Shown here piece by piece: positions 40,348 to 54,680 of a DNA stretch of 64,000 bases. This stretch comes from Chrysomallon squamiferum (Eukaryota > Animalia > Mollusca). Both the position numbers and the translations under genes were made by a program. Position 1 is the first letter of the stretch, and every line of letters starts with the position of its first letter. The notes under the pieces are model-generated. The model had not been told where the DNA came from. It ran no database searches and worked only from the letters and a program-made list of their open reading frames with translations. The stretch is taken from contig CM022669.1 of NCBI GenBank assembly GCA_012295275.1, positions 11,284,001 to 11,348,000 on the forward strand, in the 5' to 3' direction.

Positions 40348-41262
40348 TGTGTCTGGGTTTTTTAAAACAGTACTGATTCCCTATTTTGTGGTTAGAAATT
40401 ATTATGACAATAATATTAATTTTAGTTCAGTACTAAATACTAACCATCTTTAAAAAAAAAAAATTGTTTTTATTATTTTTGTGTGTATTTCTTAATACTT
40501 TTCACTTATATCAATATTTTCAACAGAGCTGGTATTTTCAGCCAAAATTCTATTAACTTTTTTTTTTTCTTTTAACAATTTATCTGACCTCCTGAAGTAA
40601 ATGACACTTTAACATGATAGATTTTTATTTAAGTACTTTCTTTTTTCAATTTTTTTCTCTAAAAAAAAAAAAAATGAAAAATGAAAAAAAAAAAAAAAAG
40701 GAAAAAGTCTAGAGTAAAAAAAAAAAAAAAAAAAGAAGACACTTCACAATAAAAAAATATACATATAAATTAAAAAAATAAAGAAAAAAATAAAATAGAA
40801 GATTTTTTTGCCCTGTTAGACAATTGGCTATCACTGAATCACTATATTCATCACTGACAAGTATACTTTGTGGAGAATTTCTGTTTCGGTTAAGAATTAA
40901 TTTCATTTTCCTGCCTTCCTTAGGGATGATTTTGCAATTTCATGCTGCAGAATTTGAAGAAGAACTTAGTTCCTGTCAATCTGCGGGTAATTCTCGGTCG
41001 GTCCCCAAGGACAGAAAGCTCGCGAAAAGAAATAAAAACCAGTGGCGTTTTTTCTTCTTTCAGTATCGAATTATCGTCATTTGCTGTGAGTGATTATTTA
41101 TTATGGATGTGTTTATCAAAGTGGTTATGCTTTGCTTAATTCTGTTATCACGAAGAATATTATTTAACTACTTGTCGTAGGTGATTAAAAAATAGTTTTT
41201 TTTTTTATTATTCTCTTTTGTTATTATTCAGTTTTTTATTTTTGTTACTGAAATTAATGAAA

Positions 41263-41808
41263 GGATGAATGGATGAATGGATGAAAGCATGAAAGAATGG
41301 ATGGTTAGATTAATGATGTATGAATGATAGATGAATGGATGGATGGATGGATGGGTGGATGGATGGATGGATGGATGGATGGATGGATGGATGGATGAAT
41401 GAATGAATGAATGGAAGGATGGATGAATGAAAGAATGGATGAATGAATGAATGAAAGAATGGATGGATGAATGGATGGACGGATGGATGGATGGATGAAT
41501 GGTTAGATTAATGATGGATGAATGATAGATGAATGAATGGATGGATGAATGAGTGGATGGATGGTTGAATGAATGAATGAATGAATGAAAGGATGGATGG
41601 ATGAATGGATATATGAATGAATGGATGGATGAATGGGTGGATGGATAGATGGATGGATGAATGAATGAATGGAAGGATGGATGAATGAAAGAATAGATGA
41701 ATGAATGAATGAAAGAATGGATGGATGAATGGATAGGTGAATGACTGAAAGAATGAAAGAATGAATGGATCAGTGATGAATGAATGGATGAATGGATGGA
41801 TGGATGAA
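41263..41808. repeat. (GGAT/GAAT)n compound tetranucleotide satellite
   Basis: Read directly; contains internal duplicated blocks. Confidence 0.94.
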
Positions 41809-41844
41809 TTTGTTTTAAAAGTTTAATGATAAATAATGAATATG

Positions 41845-41897
41845 AATTATTTAGATAACACCAGATGATATATATATATGGTGTTATCTAAATAATT
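41845..41897. other. Perfect 19-bp inverted repeat with 15-nt spacer
   Basis: aattatttagataacacca (41845-41863) and tggtgttatctaaataatt (41879-41897). Confidence 0.95.
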
Positions 41898-42877
41898 ATA
41901 TATAATGTATAATAATAAGTTATTTAGAAAATCCTATATATGTAAATTAACTGTACAAAGGTCAGTTTAGATAATAGCAATAATTTACTTTCAAAAATGC
42001 AGTGTTAAAGGTAAGTGATGATTATAAGGTATTGTGATAATAGCAGATTATGAATAAAAGTTATTTATCTTACAATAAATGGTGACTGTATTTAAATATT
42101 AGTTAGTAACTGATGGATATAAAAATAGCTGTAACTGGTGGACAAGAATTATTCATGTTAATATGTTAATGATGAACACAAGTATTCATATAATGAAATA
42201 TAATTCAGAAATGATGTTATGTACATGTGAAAAGAGATATTGATCCATACAAAGTAATGATAGTGGTAGTGATAGTAGTAGTTGTTGTTTTTGTTGTAGT
42301 TGTAGTAGTAATTGTTGTTGTTGCTCTTGTACTTTTTTGTTCAGTAGTTGTAGTAGTTGTTGTAGTAGTAGTAGTTGTTTGTGTTGTTATTGCTATAGTG
42401 GCATCAGTGGCAATAGTGCTAGTAGAAAAGGTAGTAGTAGTAGTAGTAGTAGAGGCAGCTGTTGTAGTAGAACAAAACATTATAAAAAGTGTCTCTGTTC
42501 TTTTGATTCAAACTGATATTTCTAGCAATAATTTCTCAAAATGTTGTTTTCGATTGTAGATTAAACTCTGTCTTTTTGACTGCCTTCAGATCAATTATCT
42601 ATAATTACTCAATCTTGTTTATCAGATTTTAATGAAATTGTCATATTATAAGTTGTTCGTACAGCCAGGCTATTGACATATTAAGAGTATACTTATTAAT
42701 ACTTTCGTCTTATTTTTTAAAGTCTGTAACAGAATATTTAGGACAATATACCTTTCAAATCAGTAATAACACTTATAAGGTTTTATATAGTCTATCAAAA
42801 TACACGTGAATATATATAAAGTGGAAAAATATTGTGTATTATATTTGAAATCATTCTAATAAAGAATTAACACAAAG

Positions 42878-42957
<80 letters not shown>

Positions 42958-43013
42958 GTGTATGTATGTGTGTGTGTGTCTGTACTTGTGTATGTATGTG
43001 TGTGTGTGTACTT

Positions 43014-43089
<76 letters not shown>

Positions 43090-43649
43090 GTGTATGTATG
43101 TGTGTGTGTGTGTGTGTACTTGTGTGTGTGTATGTGTGTGTGTGTGTGTACTTGTGTATGTATGTGTGTGTGTGTGTGTACTTGTGTATGTATGTGTGTG
43201 TGTGTGTTTTCTTGTGTATGTATGTGTGTGTGTGTGTGCTTGTGTATGTATGTGTGTGTGTGTGTACTTGTGTATGTATGTGTGTGTGTGTGTGTACTTG
43301 TGTATGTATGTGTGTGTGTGTGTGTGCTTGTGTATGTGTGTGTGTGTGTGTACTTGTGTATGTATGTGTGTGTGTGTGTGTGTACTTGTGTATGTATGTG
43401 TGTGTGTGTACTTGTGTATGTATGTGTGTGTGTGTGTGTACTTGTGTATGTATGTGTGTGTGTGTGTGTACTTGTGTATGTATGTGTGTGTGTGTGTTTT
43501 CTTGTGTATGTATGTGTGTGTGTACTTGTGTATGTATGTGTGTGTGTGTGTGTGTACTTGTATGTATGTATGTGTGTGTGTGTGTGTACTTGTGTATGTA
43601 TGTGTGTGTGTGTGTACTTTGTGTATGTATGTGTGTGTGTGTGTGTACT

Positions 43650-43682
<33 letters not shown>

Positions 43683-43800
43683 GTGTATGTATGTGTGTGT
43701 GTGTGTACTTGTGTATGTATGTGTGTGTGTGTGTTTCAGGTAGGTTAAATCTTATTACAGTGCACATGTACTTTAGATGTAGGTTCACCAGTTCAGTGGT

Positions 43801-43890
<90 letters not shown>

Positions 43891-43901
43891 CTCTCTCTCT
43901 A

Positions 43902-43932
<31 letters not shown>
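42878..43932. repeat. (TG)n minisatellite punctuated by tacttgtgtatgta, then (CT)n and (CA)n
   Basis: Read directly; source of the 287-442 aa CV/TH ORFs. Confidence 0.96.
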
Positions 43933-43934
<2 letters not shown>

Positions 43935-45714
43935 GTCTCTCTGTCTATTTTTCCTTCTCTCTGTCAGGTACTGTGTCTGTTTCTTCTTTCAATTTCTCTT
44001 TCTTCTTTTTTGCTGACTCCTTCTCTCTGTATTTTATTTTTTGTCTCTCTTTCTTTCTTCATACCTTTCCTTCTGTTTATTGTACTCTCTCTCTCTCTCT
44101 CTCTCTCAATTTCTCAATCATTATCATTATTTCTCATTATCTTTCTTTCTCTCTCTCCTCCTTCCTCTTTTTCTTATTTTTTCACTCTTTCTTAGTTTCA
44201 TACTAAGGGAGGGAAGCTACTATTCATTACAACATACCAATTCAGCTGATAATAACTAATGTCTCATCATTAATATTAGAAAACCCATTCATGTGCTTTT
44301 AATCCCAACCAAAAAAATTATTAACAGTTTGGGTTTTGAGAAATATTTTAATAAAAAGATAATTAAACGACATTTTCATTTCTTTTTAACTGTCTTTGGT
44401 CTTTGCTAATTGTTTCATCAAAGTGCAAGATCAAAGATAAAATAAATTTCAAATGTTAGAAATAATCAGGTTTATTATCGGCTGTAATTAAGATAATTTG
44501 GTCACCATTTTCTCTTTTTAAAAATGAAAATTTTATTTTTATTTTTTTTTTCTTCCTATGAAGGACATCCTGCAGGCATTGCAGATTTCAAATTAGCATA
44601 ATTTTCCTTTCAGTCAGTGATTATAATTTTAGTCTTTTCAGTGCTAAACTTCATTAGCGGCTTGCAAGGCAGTTGACTATAAAATCACTTTGAAATTCAC
44701 CACAAACATGAATCAGAAGAAGAAAGGAAATTCCAGTGCATAATTTCTGTTCAGGAAAAAGAGAAAAAAGGAAAGAAAAATAAAAAATAAAAAAAATAAA
44801 GAGAGAGAAAGAGAAAAGACTTTAGGAAAAAAAAAAAAAAGAAAAAAAAAAATGTTGCCTGTGGTTATTTTAGTTAACTTTGATTAGGATTATAATAACA
44901 ATCAGAAAAATACGTTTCCACTGGCCTCAAATCATTCTCATTTGATTTATTTTTTATTTTATTATATTTTTTAAAATTTTCTCTAAAAAAGAATCCAAAA
45001 AAAATAAATCAAAATATTATTGCAGTTTATTAAAGAAATTAGAGAAGAAAAAATTCCTATACTCTACAGATCAATTGAAAATAATAATAAAATCCTTAAA
45101 TAAGAAATATTTAAAAATTCAACATTTACATCAAGGCCCTTGAATACCTGAACATGAATTTTTAGCTGCATGTACTTTATGTCCCTTTCATACAAACTGG
45201 TCAAAGTTATAAAACTATAAACTTTACATACCTGTTATTTAAACTATTTAAGAATGTACTAAATTCAACATCTATCTTACAGCCCATATAAACCTAACTA
45301 CAGCAATATGGAAACCATTTATTCCTAGATACACACTTAAAGTATCTTTGGTACAAATTGGTCACAGATACAAACACTGTAAACTCTACACACTCTAAAT
45401 GCATGATCAGTTATAAATTCAAACATCGTTTCACAAACCCAAACAAGACGCATACTGAAGACTCTATGATTTTGGGGCTCTTGTAATTTGTTTTACAGCA
45501 ACATCAACATCGCTCACAACATGGCAGAAGGAGTAACCAATCCATAAAAATATTTGAAGAAAGCTGTAAAAACTGGAGTTGCCAGTGATAAGAATATTAA
45601 TAGTTTTTTTAGAGCCATTGACTGACACACAAACACAGTCATTACTGTATAAACATGTGTGTGTGTGTATATAAATATTATAAAACAAATGAAAGAGCAA
45701 AAGACAGTACCATA

Positions 45715-46275
45715 TATAGCTAACATACCATATCATACCTTATACAGTTAACATAAAATAATTTATATACTTAATATGGCACATAATAACTTATTTAGTT
45801 TACATCCTGTGTTTTACTTTTGAACAGTTAACATCCTGTATTATATCTTTTGTATAGTTAATAGCTTACATTATACCTTTTACAGTTAACATACCATGTT
45901 ACACCTTATACAGTTAACAATGCACAAAATAACTTTTATAGTTAATATCCCATTTAATAACATTATATGGTTAACATTCTGTATTATATCTTATGTAGTT
46001 AAAATTCCATATTATACCTTACATAGCTAATATTCCATATTACAACTCACATAGTTAACATTCCATATTATACCTTATGTAGTTAATATGCCATATTATA
46101 TCTTACATAGTTAAAATCTCTGTTACAGCATATATGGTTAACATCCCAAATTATACCATAACATCCCATGATATAACTTAAATAATGAACATCCCATATT
46201 ATATAGCTAACAACCTAATTTATAACTAATTACAAGAGCTCATGCTATTGTTAACATTCTTTTATATTATATCTT
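45715..46275. repeat. Degenerate about 28-30-bp tandem repeat
   Basis: tatacagttaacattccatattatacct variants, more than 10 copies. Confidence 0.82.
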
Positions 46276-47374
46276 ACATTCATTAAGCAAATTTTATCTT
46301 GACACATCAGAAAAAGTAAAATAACGTCATCATTTTAAAGAGGTGAAATAAAAATGTCAGATAAATACAGATTACAAACAGAATGATTGAAAGAGAGTTT
46401 GACACTGACCAACATGAAAAAAACAAACACACAGCACATTAACTCTCTGATATCTGAAATGGTCAAGACAATAACATTTATTTTACCAACGGATTTTTTT
46501 AATATATTTTTATATGCAAGACAAGCTAACAATATTTCTTGCAGAAAACATCATCACAGAAAATCAAAACTGCCGAAACCTCAAAGTATCATTTAAAGCA
46601 ATCAATTCGAATATGAAAAGAGATTCAGTCATCTTCTGATGTTGAATTTAATTCATTCCCACAGTCCTCTTACGCTGAGATATTGCTGCATCATGGGAAT
46701 TATAACTGTTTCTGACATTCTCTTGTAAACGAGTTCTTCTTCCAAACGACAAAGTTAATGATCAGACGTCAGTTGTTGGCAAAAGTTTTGATTGTGTAAA
46801 TTAACTGAGAGTGTTGCATGATGACAAACATTTTTCACAGTCTCTGCCTTCATTTACTTCATTTTCTAAACCTAAGGAAATTTATCTTGACAAGTGATCG
46901 AAGTTTTTGAAAATGAATGTTGTTTTTACGGTTGGTGATAATCTCCAAGTTTGTTTAATAATTAATTTATGGTTGTGAAAGCAGTTTAATCAGGATGTTG
47001 TTTATTTTTATTGTTTTTTTTTTTAATTGTTTTTTTTTAAGATTTAAATATTTTCTTACTATGGAAATAGAGAGGCATACAGACACATTTTAAGATATAC
47101 ATATAGACAGAGATAAAGATACACAGTCATTCACACATAGATACATACACATAGTCACATACACAGTTACACACACATAAACAGGTATGCCAACATATAT
47201 ACATACACACATAAATATACACACACACATACACATATACGAACAAAAATACACATAAAGAGACTGTCTCACATAATACAAACACATGCAAACATTATAT
47301 ATATATTATCTGTACATACAAACATACTGTCTCACACACACATACAGTGATACATATGGTACAATAAATAAATG

Positions 47375-47416
<42 letters not shown>

Positions 47417-48495
47417 CACACATACACATATACATATATACACAACATGTTCTGACTTGTAATAATTCTACTTGTGTTCATGCCATTACCTGTAATCTCA
47501 ACAACCGATACATTCAGTATACAGTTATTTGTCATGCTGAGAGATATTCATAAATGAAATTACAAATAAATATATTTTTAATATCCATAATTACACCTTT
47601 CCAGAACAGTTATTTCCAACTACCAATCTCTTCTAGATGTTCTTGGTTCAGTGGGTTGATAAACTGATTTCCTATCAGCTGTATTACGTATATTGAACAT
47701 TCCACTGCTATAACCATTGCAACTGATTTCTCTATATTAACCAAATCTACCAACACTCTCTTGCAAAAGTAAATCTTCTTCACAAATCAGGAACACTGAA
47801 ATATGGTTTTGCATTTTGTATTGAACAAATCACTTGCTCTCGCTCTCTGTGCAAAGTACATTATGCTTTGGCCTGTAAAGGGTTAAAACAGGTGCCAGTC
47901 TTTAAGGGAACTGAAGGTGTTTGATTGACCAGGATTTGAAGAATCTTTTTGATGTCTTGGTTTAAATAAATAAGCATCTTTCATTTTATTTTGTATCTGT
48001 ATAGATAGATAGATAGATAGATAGGCAAAGAAAGAATCATTCTCATACTGAAAGAGAAAGACAGGCAGATAGACAGAGAGACAGACAGACGTATATACTG
48101 ACAGATGTATATACTGATAGATGTATATAGATTTACAAAATAGTCTTTAATGCCCATTGCTCACTTTATTGACTTCACAGTATTTTAGAATTGTAAACCT
48201 TCAACAGTGATGGGTGTTTTGTCTGAACTGCTCCCTACTGTAAAATGTTCTGGATCCACCCCTGGTCTTGTTCGGAGCTGTTCTGAAGTGTATTATTCAA
48301 ATAGATATTTTTTCTTTTATCAGTATGAATTATGCCAGAAACATGATAAAAAGTTGTGAACGGTATTTACATGAACAGCCAGGCTTGTCTGTGGACACTT
48401 GACATTCTTGTCCTAACTTCATCACGAAAGAGATAAACAGATTTACATATTCCTCAGTCAGGTTGTGATAAAAGAAGAAAGGCTCTCTGGTCCAA

Positions 48496-48705
48496 GGAGA
48501 AGTAGCTCAGTGGTTTGAGTGTCAGCTTGAGCCACAATCAGTCGCAGTAACAATTCTCTTAGGAGTGAGCTATTGTTCCATTTCCAAATGCTGTGTCACA
48601 GAATCAGTTTTCAGTGGTGGTTATTTTCTGTCGAAGAGCTACGATTTGTACTTTACTGTTTATGAGAAGGTATATTCAGAAAATTACTTTCTGCTAACTG
48701 ATAGC
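48496..48705 (+). mobile_element. Decayed tRNA-derived SINE-like copy
   Basis: Pol III A-box-like TAGCTCAGTGG (48503-48513) at the 5' end, and a 3' part homologous to 1903-1946. Confidence 0.55.
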
Positions 48706-50006
48706 AGATTTAATCATTGTTTTTCTTTTCTTTTTTATTTCTATTTATTAATTTAATTTATTTTATTTCATTTTATTTTTTTTTAAATTTCTTATTTTTA
48801 GTAATGATTTTTTTTTCTCATTCCAGAAATAACAAAAAAAGAAAGAAAATAATAATAATAACAAAAAAAAATCTTTTTTTTTTTTTCTTTTTGTATAACC
48901 TTGAACATGCATTCTGTGCTTGTTATTCACTGTCAGCCATTTCATCACAACTGACATCACATGGGACGGGGGAATAGTTTGGTTTGTTGTGGACACACAG
49001 AAAGACCACACTGGTAATATGATTTGATTTCATGCTCAAACTGCCGCGGTCATTACCAGCTATTAGTTTTATTAATGACAAGGATATTGACGCAGTATTC
49101 ACCATCTTCTCCGGACATTTTGTCCTCGCTCTGAACTCTGTAGATGCCCGGTTTCCTCACTGTTTACAAACACTGACAGACTGTAATAACATTTAAAGAG
49201 GCAGAAAGGAATCCGATACGGAACAATTAGTCACAAATGAAAGATAAGCCAGGAAAACAATGTGCAATCAAATGAAGAAATAAATCACTTGCAAGATGGG
49301 CAGAGTTCCACCGAATGATGTAATTGAAGAAGAAAGGCTCTGTGAGTTGAAACAGAACTCTGGAGCATGTTTGGGTTTTCATTGGTGGGTGTTAGTTCTA
49401 ACAACCAATTTCTTGAATTAGGAAACAAACACTTGTAGCAGATAACACAACCATCAGTCCAAAGTTAGACAAAATAGCAACAAAACAGGACAGCATACAC
49501 CATACAGTTTCTGATGTTAAAAAATAGCATGTCCAGACTGTATTTTAGAAGCTTATTTGTTAAAATAGGTAAAAAAATACATGTAGAAAATTCCAGTTCT
49601 GTAACATCAGCACCAAACTTTCACTAGACAAAGCAATGCACCCTTAGAAAAAAGCCAGTTCTATGTCCTTTCTGACATTAAAACACAGCTTTAAACTCTT
49701 ATTTAACAATTATTATTTGTGTTACCATGGGTTTTGATAATAAAGTAGAGGTAAATATCATTATATTTTCTTTAATACAGATACTGTTCTAAGCAGTGAT
49801 CTTTATTCATGCTGTACAAAACTTCTTGGTATGTGATGTAATGCATACAGACTTTCTCATCTTGCAATGTAAGAAGCTTATTCTGGAGATTTTAAAAAAC
49901 TTTTGTTAAATTTTATATTACTGATAAAAATAAATAATAAAAATTGAGTTTTATACATACATTCTGCTGTCTTAGATAGTAGAACTCAACAATTAGGATT
50001 CTTGTG

Positions 50007-50030
50007 ACTTACCTACAAAGAAAGAAAAAT
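50007..50030 (-). other. Candidate recursive splice site (zero-length exon)
   Basis: ATTTTTCTTTCTTTGTAG|GTAAGT on the gene's sense strand, with a TTTTAAC branch-like motif about 50 nt upstream. Confidence 0.55.
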
Positions 50031-50309
50031 ATAAATTTACATAAATATAATTTAAAATTGGTTAAAATTCAACATACCTTATATTTATTAATAACAGATG
50101 TTAACAATGCAAGCTAATAAAAAGAAGCATAATGAACATAACAATACAATGGGTCATTAAACAGTCAGGTCTCTTACTTTGGAAGTGTTTTGAACATTTA
50201 AAAAGACATTCTTCTTTCTATAAAGTATTTGCTGCAGTACATGAAGTGGCCTCAGTTATAAACTAAATTAGATAACAACTATAAAAACACTGTTCAGTTA
50301 ATTTGCCTC

Positions 50310-50577
<268 letters not shown>

Positions 50578-53500
50578 AGAGAGAGTAAGAAGAGAGACTG
50601 TTTATTGTATGTATAAAGTATACATGCCTGTGTTTTTGTATATCTTTTATTGTTTCTGTGTGTATATATGTTTGTGTCCTTTTATATGTGTCCGTGCTAA
50701 GATATATTTATATGTATATATATATGCCAGAGTTTCAGCATGTGTGTGTTTATAATCTAACATGTCTGTGTGCATTTTTCAGGGTTTATTTTATATATGA
50801 ACATATGGCTGCCAAAATGTGTATCTGTATTCAACTATTTATAAAGACTGGTGAAACCTCTACTTAATAAAAAAAATAAAAATAACTAAAAAAAAATTGT
50901 CATGCAGTAAATTATGACTTCTTGCACTGTTTACATATTTGATACAATTTCACTCACTTTCTTGCACTGGGCATTACATTGCACCAATTAATTTAACAGC
51001 TTCATAGCCCAGGCAGCCAACGCCTGGTGTTAATGATTAAGAAGATATTAAAACTTCATTATGTGGTACATTACATTAACAGTCAGGATGTCCATAATTT
51101 CGTTAGAGTGGTCTCCACCTAATGGCTGAAGATGTATTCTTTGTACTTAATTTCCTCCAACATGCAGTGAGCTCTCTATTCCAAAAAAAAAAAATTTGTT
51201 CTATGATTGCTTTATCAATATCCAGTGTTAAGTTGAGGAGATAAAAATCTGCAACTATTTTGTTGTTTTCAGGGGTAAAAGCATGTTTTGTTAAATAATT
51301 AATGTTTGTTTCCAGCCTTCAGAAGTTCTATTAGGATTCTAAGATTTCTGTCGGAATCTTTTTTTGTCATCTGGTGCATGATTGTGATTATCAGATTCAG
51401 ATAAGATTTGTGCATTTGTTTGTCTCTGTGAATCTGTCTTTGTGTCAATTTGTTTATCTGTTCATCTCTGTGTAACTGGGTTGTTTCGGGGTTTTTTTCT
51501 TGTGTTTGTGAGAATGTGATGCAGGTAAAGTTAAGAGCTTGTGAAAAGAAAGAGGATAACAAGTCAGTTACTGAGCAAAGAGAAAAAGAATTAAAAAAAA
51601 AAAAGATGAGAGAGGGAAGAGAGACAGTTTGAGACAGACTGAGACAGAAGAAACAAGACAGAAAATTTCGAGGCTGAGAGAGACAGAGACTGAGAGACAG
51701 ATATTCCATGTTATCCTGAATTTGTGAATCTTTTTGTGTTTCTATGATTTCACATCACCGAATTTAATTACCAATCTTGTATAATTTCATTAATACCAAG
51801 CCTAACATACCAAGCTTAACATCCAGCATTATTCAACTCTATTAAAGCAAAATCTGTTATTCTTAACTTATAAGTGCCAATGATATCTCAAACCTTCTTA
51901 ATTACTTGTATTTATTTTCCAACTTTCAAGCATTAGTGACACCTCTAATATTCTTAACGATTTTATTATACCATTAATAACTCCAGGAGAGCCTGCACTG
52001 ACTTATATTCAATCAACATGCAGATAATCTCATTTATATGCCAAAAGACTAATGTGTTTTTAATCTCAATGCAACAACCTGGAGTTTTTTTTTTTTAAAC
52101 ACAGGCAACCAACATCCTGAAAGGAGATTGGGTTGTTTTATTTTTTAAAATAGAAGAAAGAGAGTTGATTATTGACTTGTTTCTAAATCCAGAATGTGTT
52201 AAAAAAAAAAAAAAAAAAAAAAAATGTTTGTCTGTGTGCCAAATGAACAAAGCAGGTCATTTAAAGTAGATGATTGACAAGGGTCTTCTAATGCTGGTTT
52301 CCAAGGATGATCATTTGGTGTATGATTTACATGCCAGCCCATCAGTTTTCAGAAATAATCATTCTCTATTAATTTCCGTTTTGTTTTTTTCACAAAGATA
52401 AAACTTTGGTGTGTGCTGGCTATATAAAACACTGCATCGTTTTTGCAACCAGTGAAATGTTTTTGAACAGAGAATCAATTCTTCGTGGCCTGCTGTTACA
52501 CACAGCCTGTCATGTGTCTGTGAGTGAAAGTGTGTGGCAAGTGATTGTGAATATGAGGTTTTTTTTTAATTCTGTTCTTGCTTGAGCTGTAATGTCCACA
52601 AGATATGTTTCTTTTATTACTGTAAGTAAAATACATAATAAATAAAAACTGGAGTCCTTTTGTTACAGTTCTCTCTCTCTCTCTCTCTCTCTCTTTCTCA
52701 GTATGTTTTTCTGCATCTTTCACAAACACACTACATATGCTATTATTTCTTTCTTTCTCTCACTTTCATGCTCATACTTTCTCTCTGTTTTTCTGACTAT
52801 CTGTGTATGTGTGCACCAAATAAGTATAGTTTTCACCAATTAATTTATACACAGACACACACACACACACACAAACACCCACCCACCCACAAACACACAC
52901 CCACGCACAAACACACACATTAAGACACAAATAAATGCTCATGCAAATAATTATATAGATAAATACTCTCACACATATTCTGAACTCTGGACAAGGTCAC
53001 CTAATAATTGTTATCCTACTTCACAGAGCTTTTTGTTTTGTTGTCATTACTGCTTTTTTCATCATTTTCACTTACTCCTTTTTAATTCTCCTTTTTATTG
53101 TATTTATTTTTCTCTGAAAACACGTAATTTTCTTTAAAAAAATGTTTTTGTTAAATTATTATTATTATTTATTTATTTTATTTTTAAAAATTAACAATAT
53201 TCTTCTTCTTCATCTTATCAATAATATTAATAATAATAATAATTTGTTATTATTATTATTATTATTATTTTCCAAGTGAATATATTATAGTGACTTATTT
53301 TTTAAATTTAGTTTTACGTTTTTTAATGTTGATGCCAAATTCTTATGTAATTCATTACTACATTTTATTTATCTTGAACATTTGAACCCAATTTAAACAA
53401 TCTAAGAAACAGAAAAGGTATAAAAAAAAAAAAAAAACTCAAAAAAAAAACAGGAAATGAAATAACATTAACTACCACTTTTACATCAGAAACAATAAAA

Positions 53501-54419
53501 ATATAACAGAATACCATAAAAACACAAATGATACAATAAAAATACAACAGGTTACGATAAAAACATAACAGGATACTGTAAAAACACAAACGATACAACG
53601 AAAACATGACTAAAAGAATTTAAAAATATATTCTTTCTTTGAAAACGAGCCAATTCTTAAATGTCATTCACAGAAATTTAATGCCACTAATTTTCATTCT
53701 GCAGATGCATCCATTTTTTCATTTTTTTTTTTTTTTTTTGTCAGTAATTACTTCAGAAAGTGCAGACATTAAAACTTTTTACTGGAACCTGATTGAGCTG
53801 GATCTATTGCAAACTAGTATAACCACATAGGAAATGTTCCTATTCTACAGGACATTTCTTTATTCTTTGATCTCACAGTTGTGTCTATCGTTATGGTGAC
53901 TGAATTGAGGGGGAGGTGACCCACTAAGGATGGAATTAAGGATGGAACTAACAGGTTTGGTGTGGGATGTTGGTAATTTCATTGACCAAAGGCTTTGAAA
54001 CAGAAATCTCTCACATATTGTAATAACTAACGAGATAAGGTGTTACAGTTTTTATGTCCAACTTTGACTTGACAGGGGAGTGGATACAGAATTGTTTTAT
54101 TATTTCAGCTCAATATGAAACTGATTTAGTAGTCAGAGAATAACTTTAATTTCAGCCAAAAAGCAAGAAGCACAAAAATCAAAAATCTTTAAACTTAAGA
54201 TTAATTCATGTACCTAAAGTCTTAAAACAAAGCATCACACCTGTTGAATGGAAAACATAGTAATTTAGTGTTACAAGCCTGTTGAAAGAAAACTAGAACC
54301 TAGCATTTTAACAAGTAGATATTGTTAAGTAGAATAACATGACAAATCTGTTAAATAGAATCCAGCAATCTCAATAATATTTATAACAAGATGTTAAACA
54401 GACACCGTGAATCAAATAA

Positions 54420-54680
54420 TACAGTATAGTACAGAATAATGTTGTATGGTACAGTATGGTATGTTATGGTATGATGGTTATACAGTATGGTATGGCATTG
54501 GTATGATACAATATGGTATGGTATGACACTGTATTCTATGGTATGATACAGTATGATATGATACAGTACAGTATGGTATGTTATGGTATAATATGGTGCA
54601 GTATGGAATGGTATGGTATGATACTGCATGCTATGATACAGTGTGATATGGCCTGTCAAGGCATGGTATGATACAATATA
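54420..54680. repeat. Degenerate pentanucleotide (TATGG/TACAG)n array
   Basis: Read directly. Confidence 0.85.

Noticed and set aside
42856-44206. Longest ORFs (287-442 aa, CV/TH-rich)
   Set aside because: They are translations of (TG)n/(CT)n repeats, which lack stop codons by composition. There is no domain or splice support.
48251-48266. ctggatccacccctg, resembling a terminal repeat of a common invertebrate MITE
   Set aside because: No matching opposite end or target-site duplication is visible, and the match is too short to call.
48500-48570. Possible tRNA gene
   Set aside because: Only an A-box-like motif is present, with no cloverleaf or intact T-loop. It is better explained as a SINE head.
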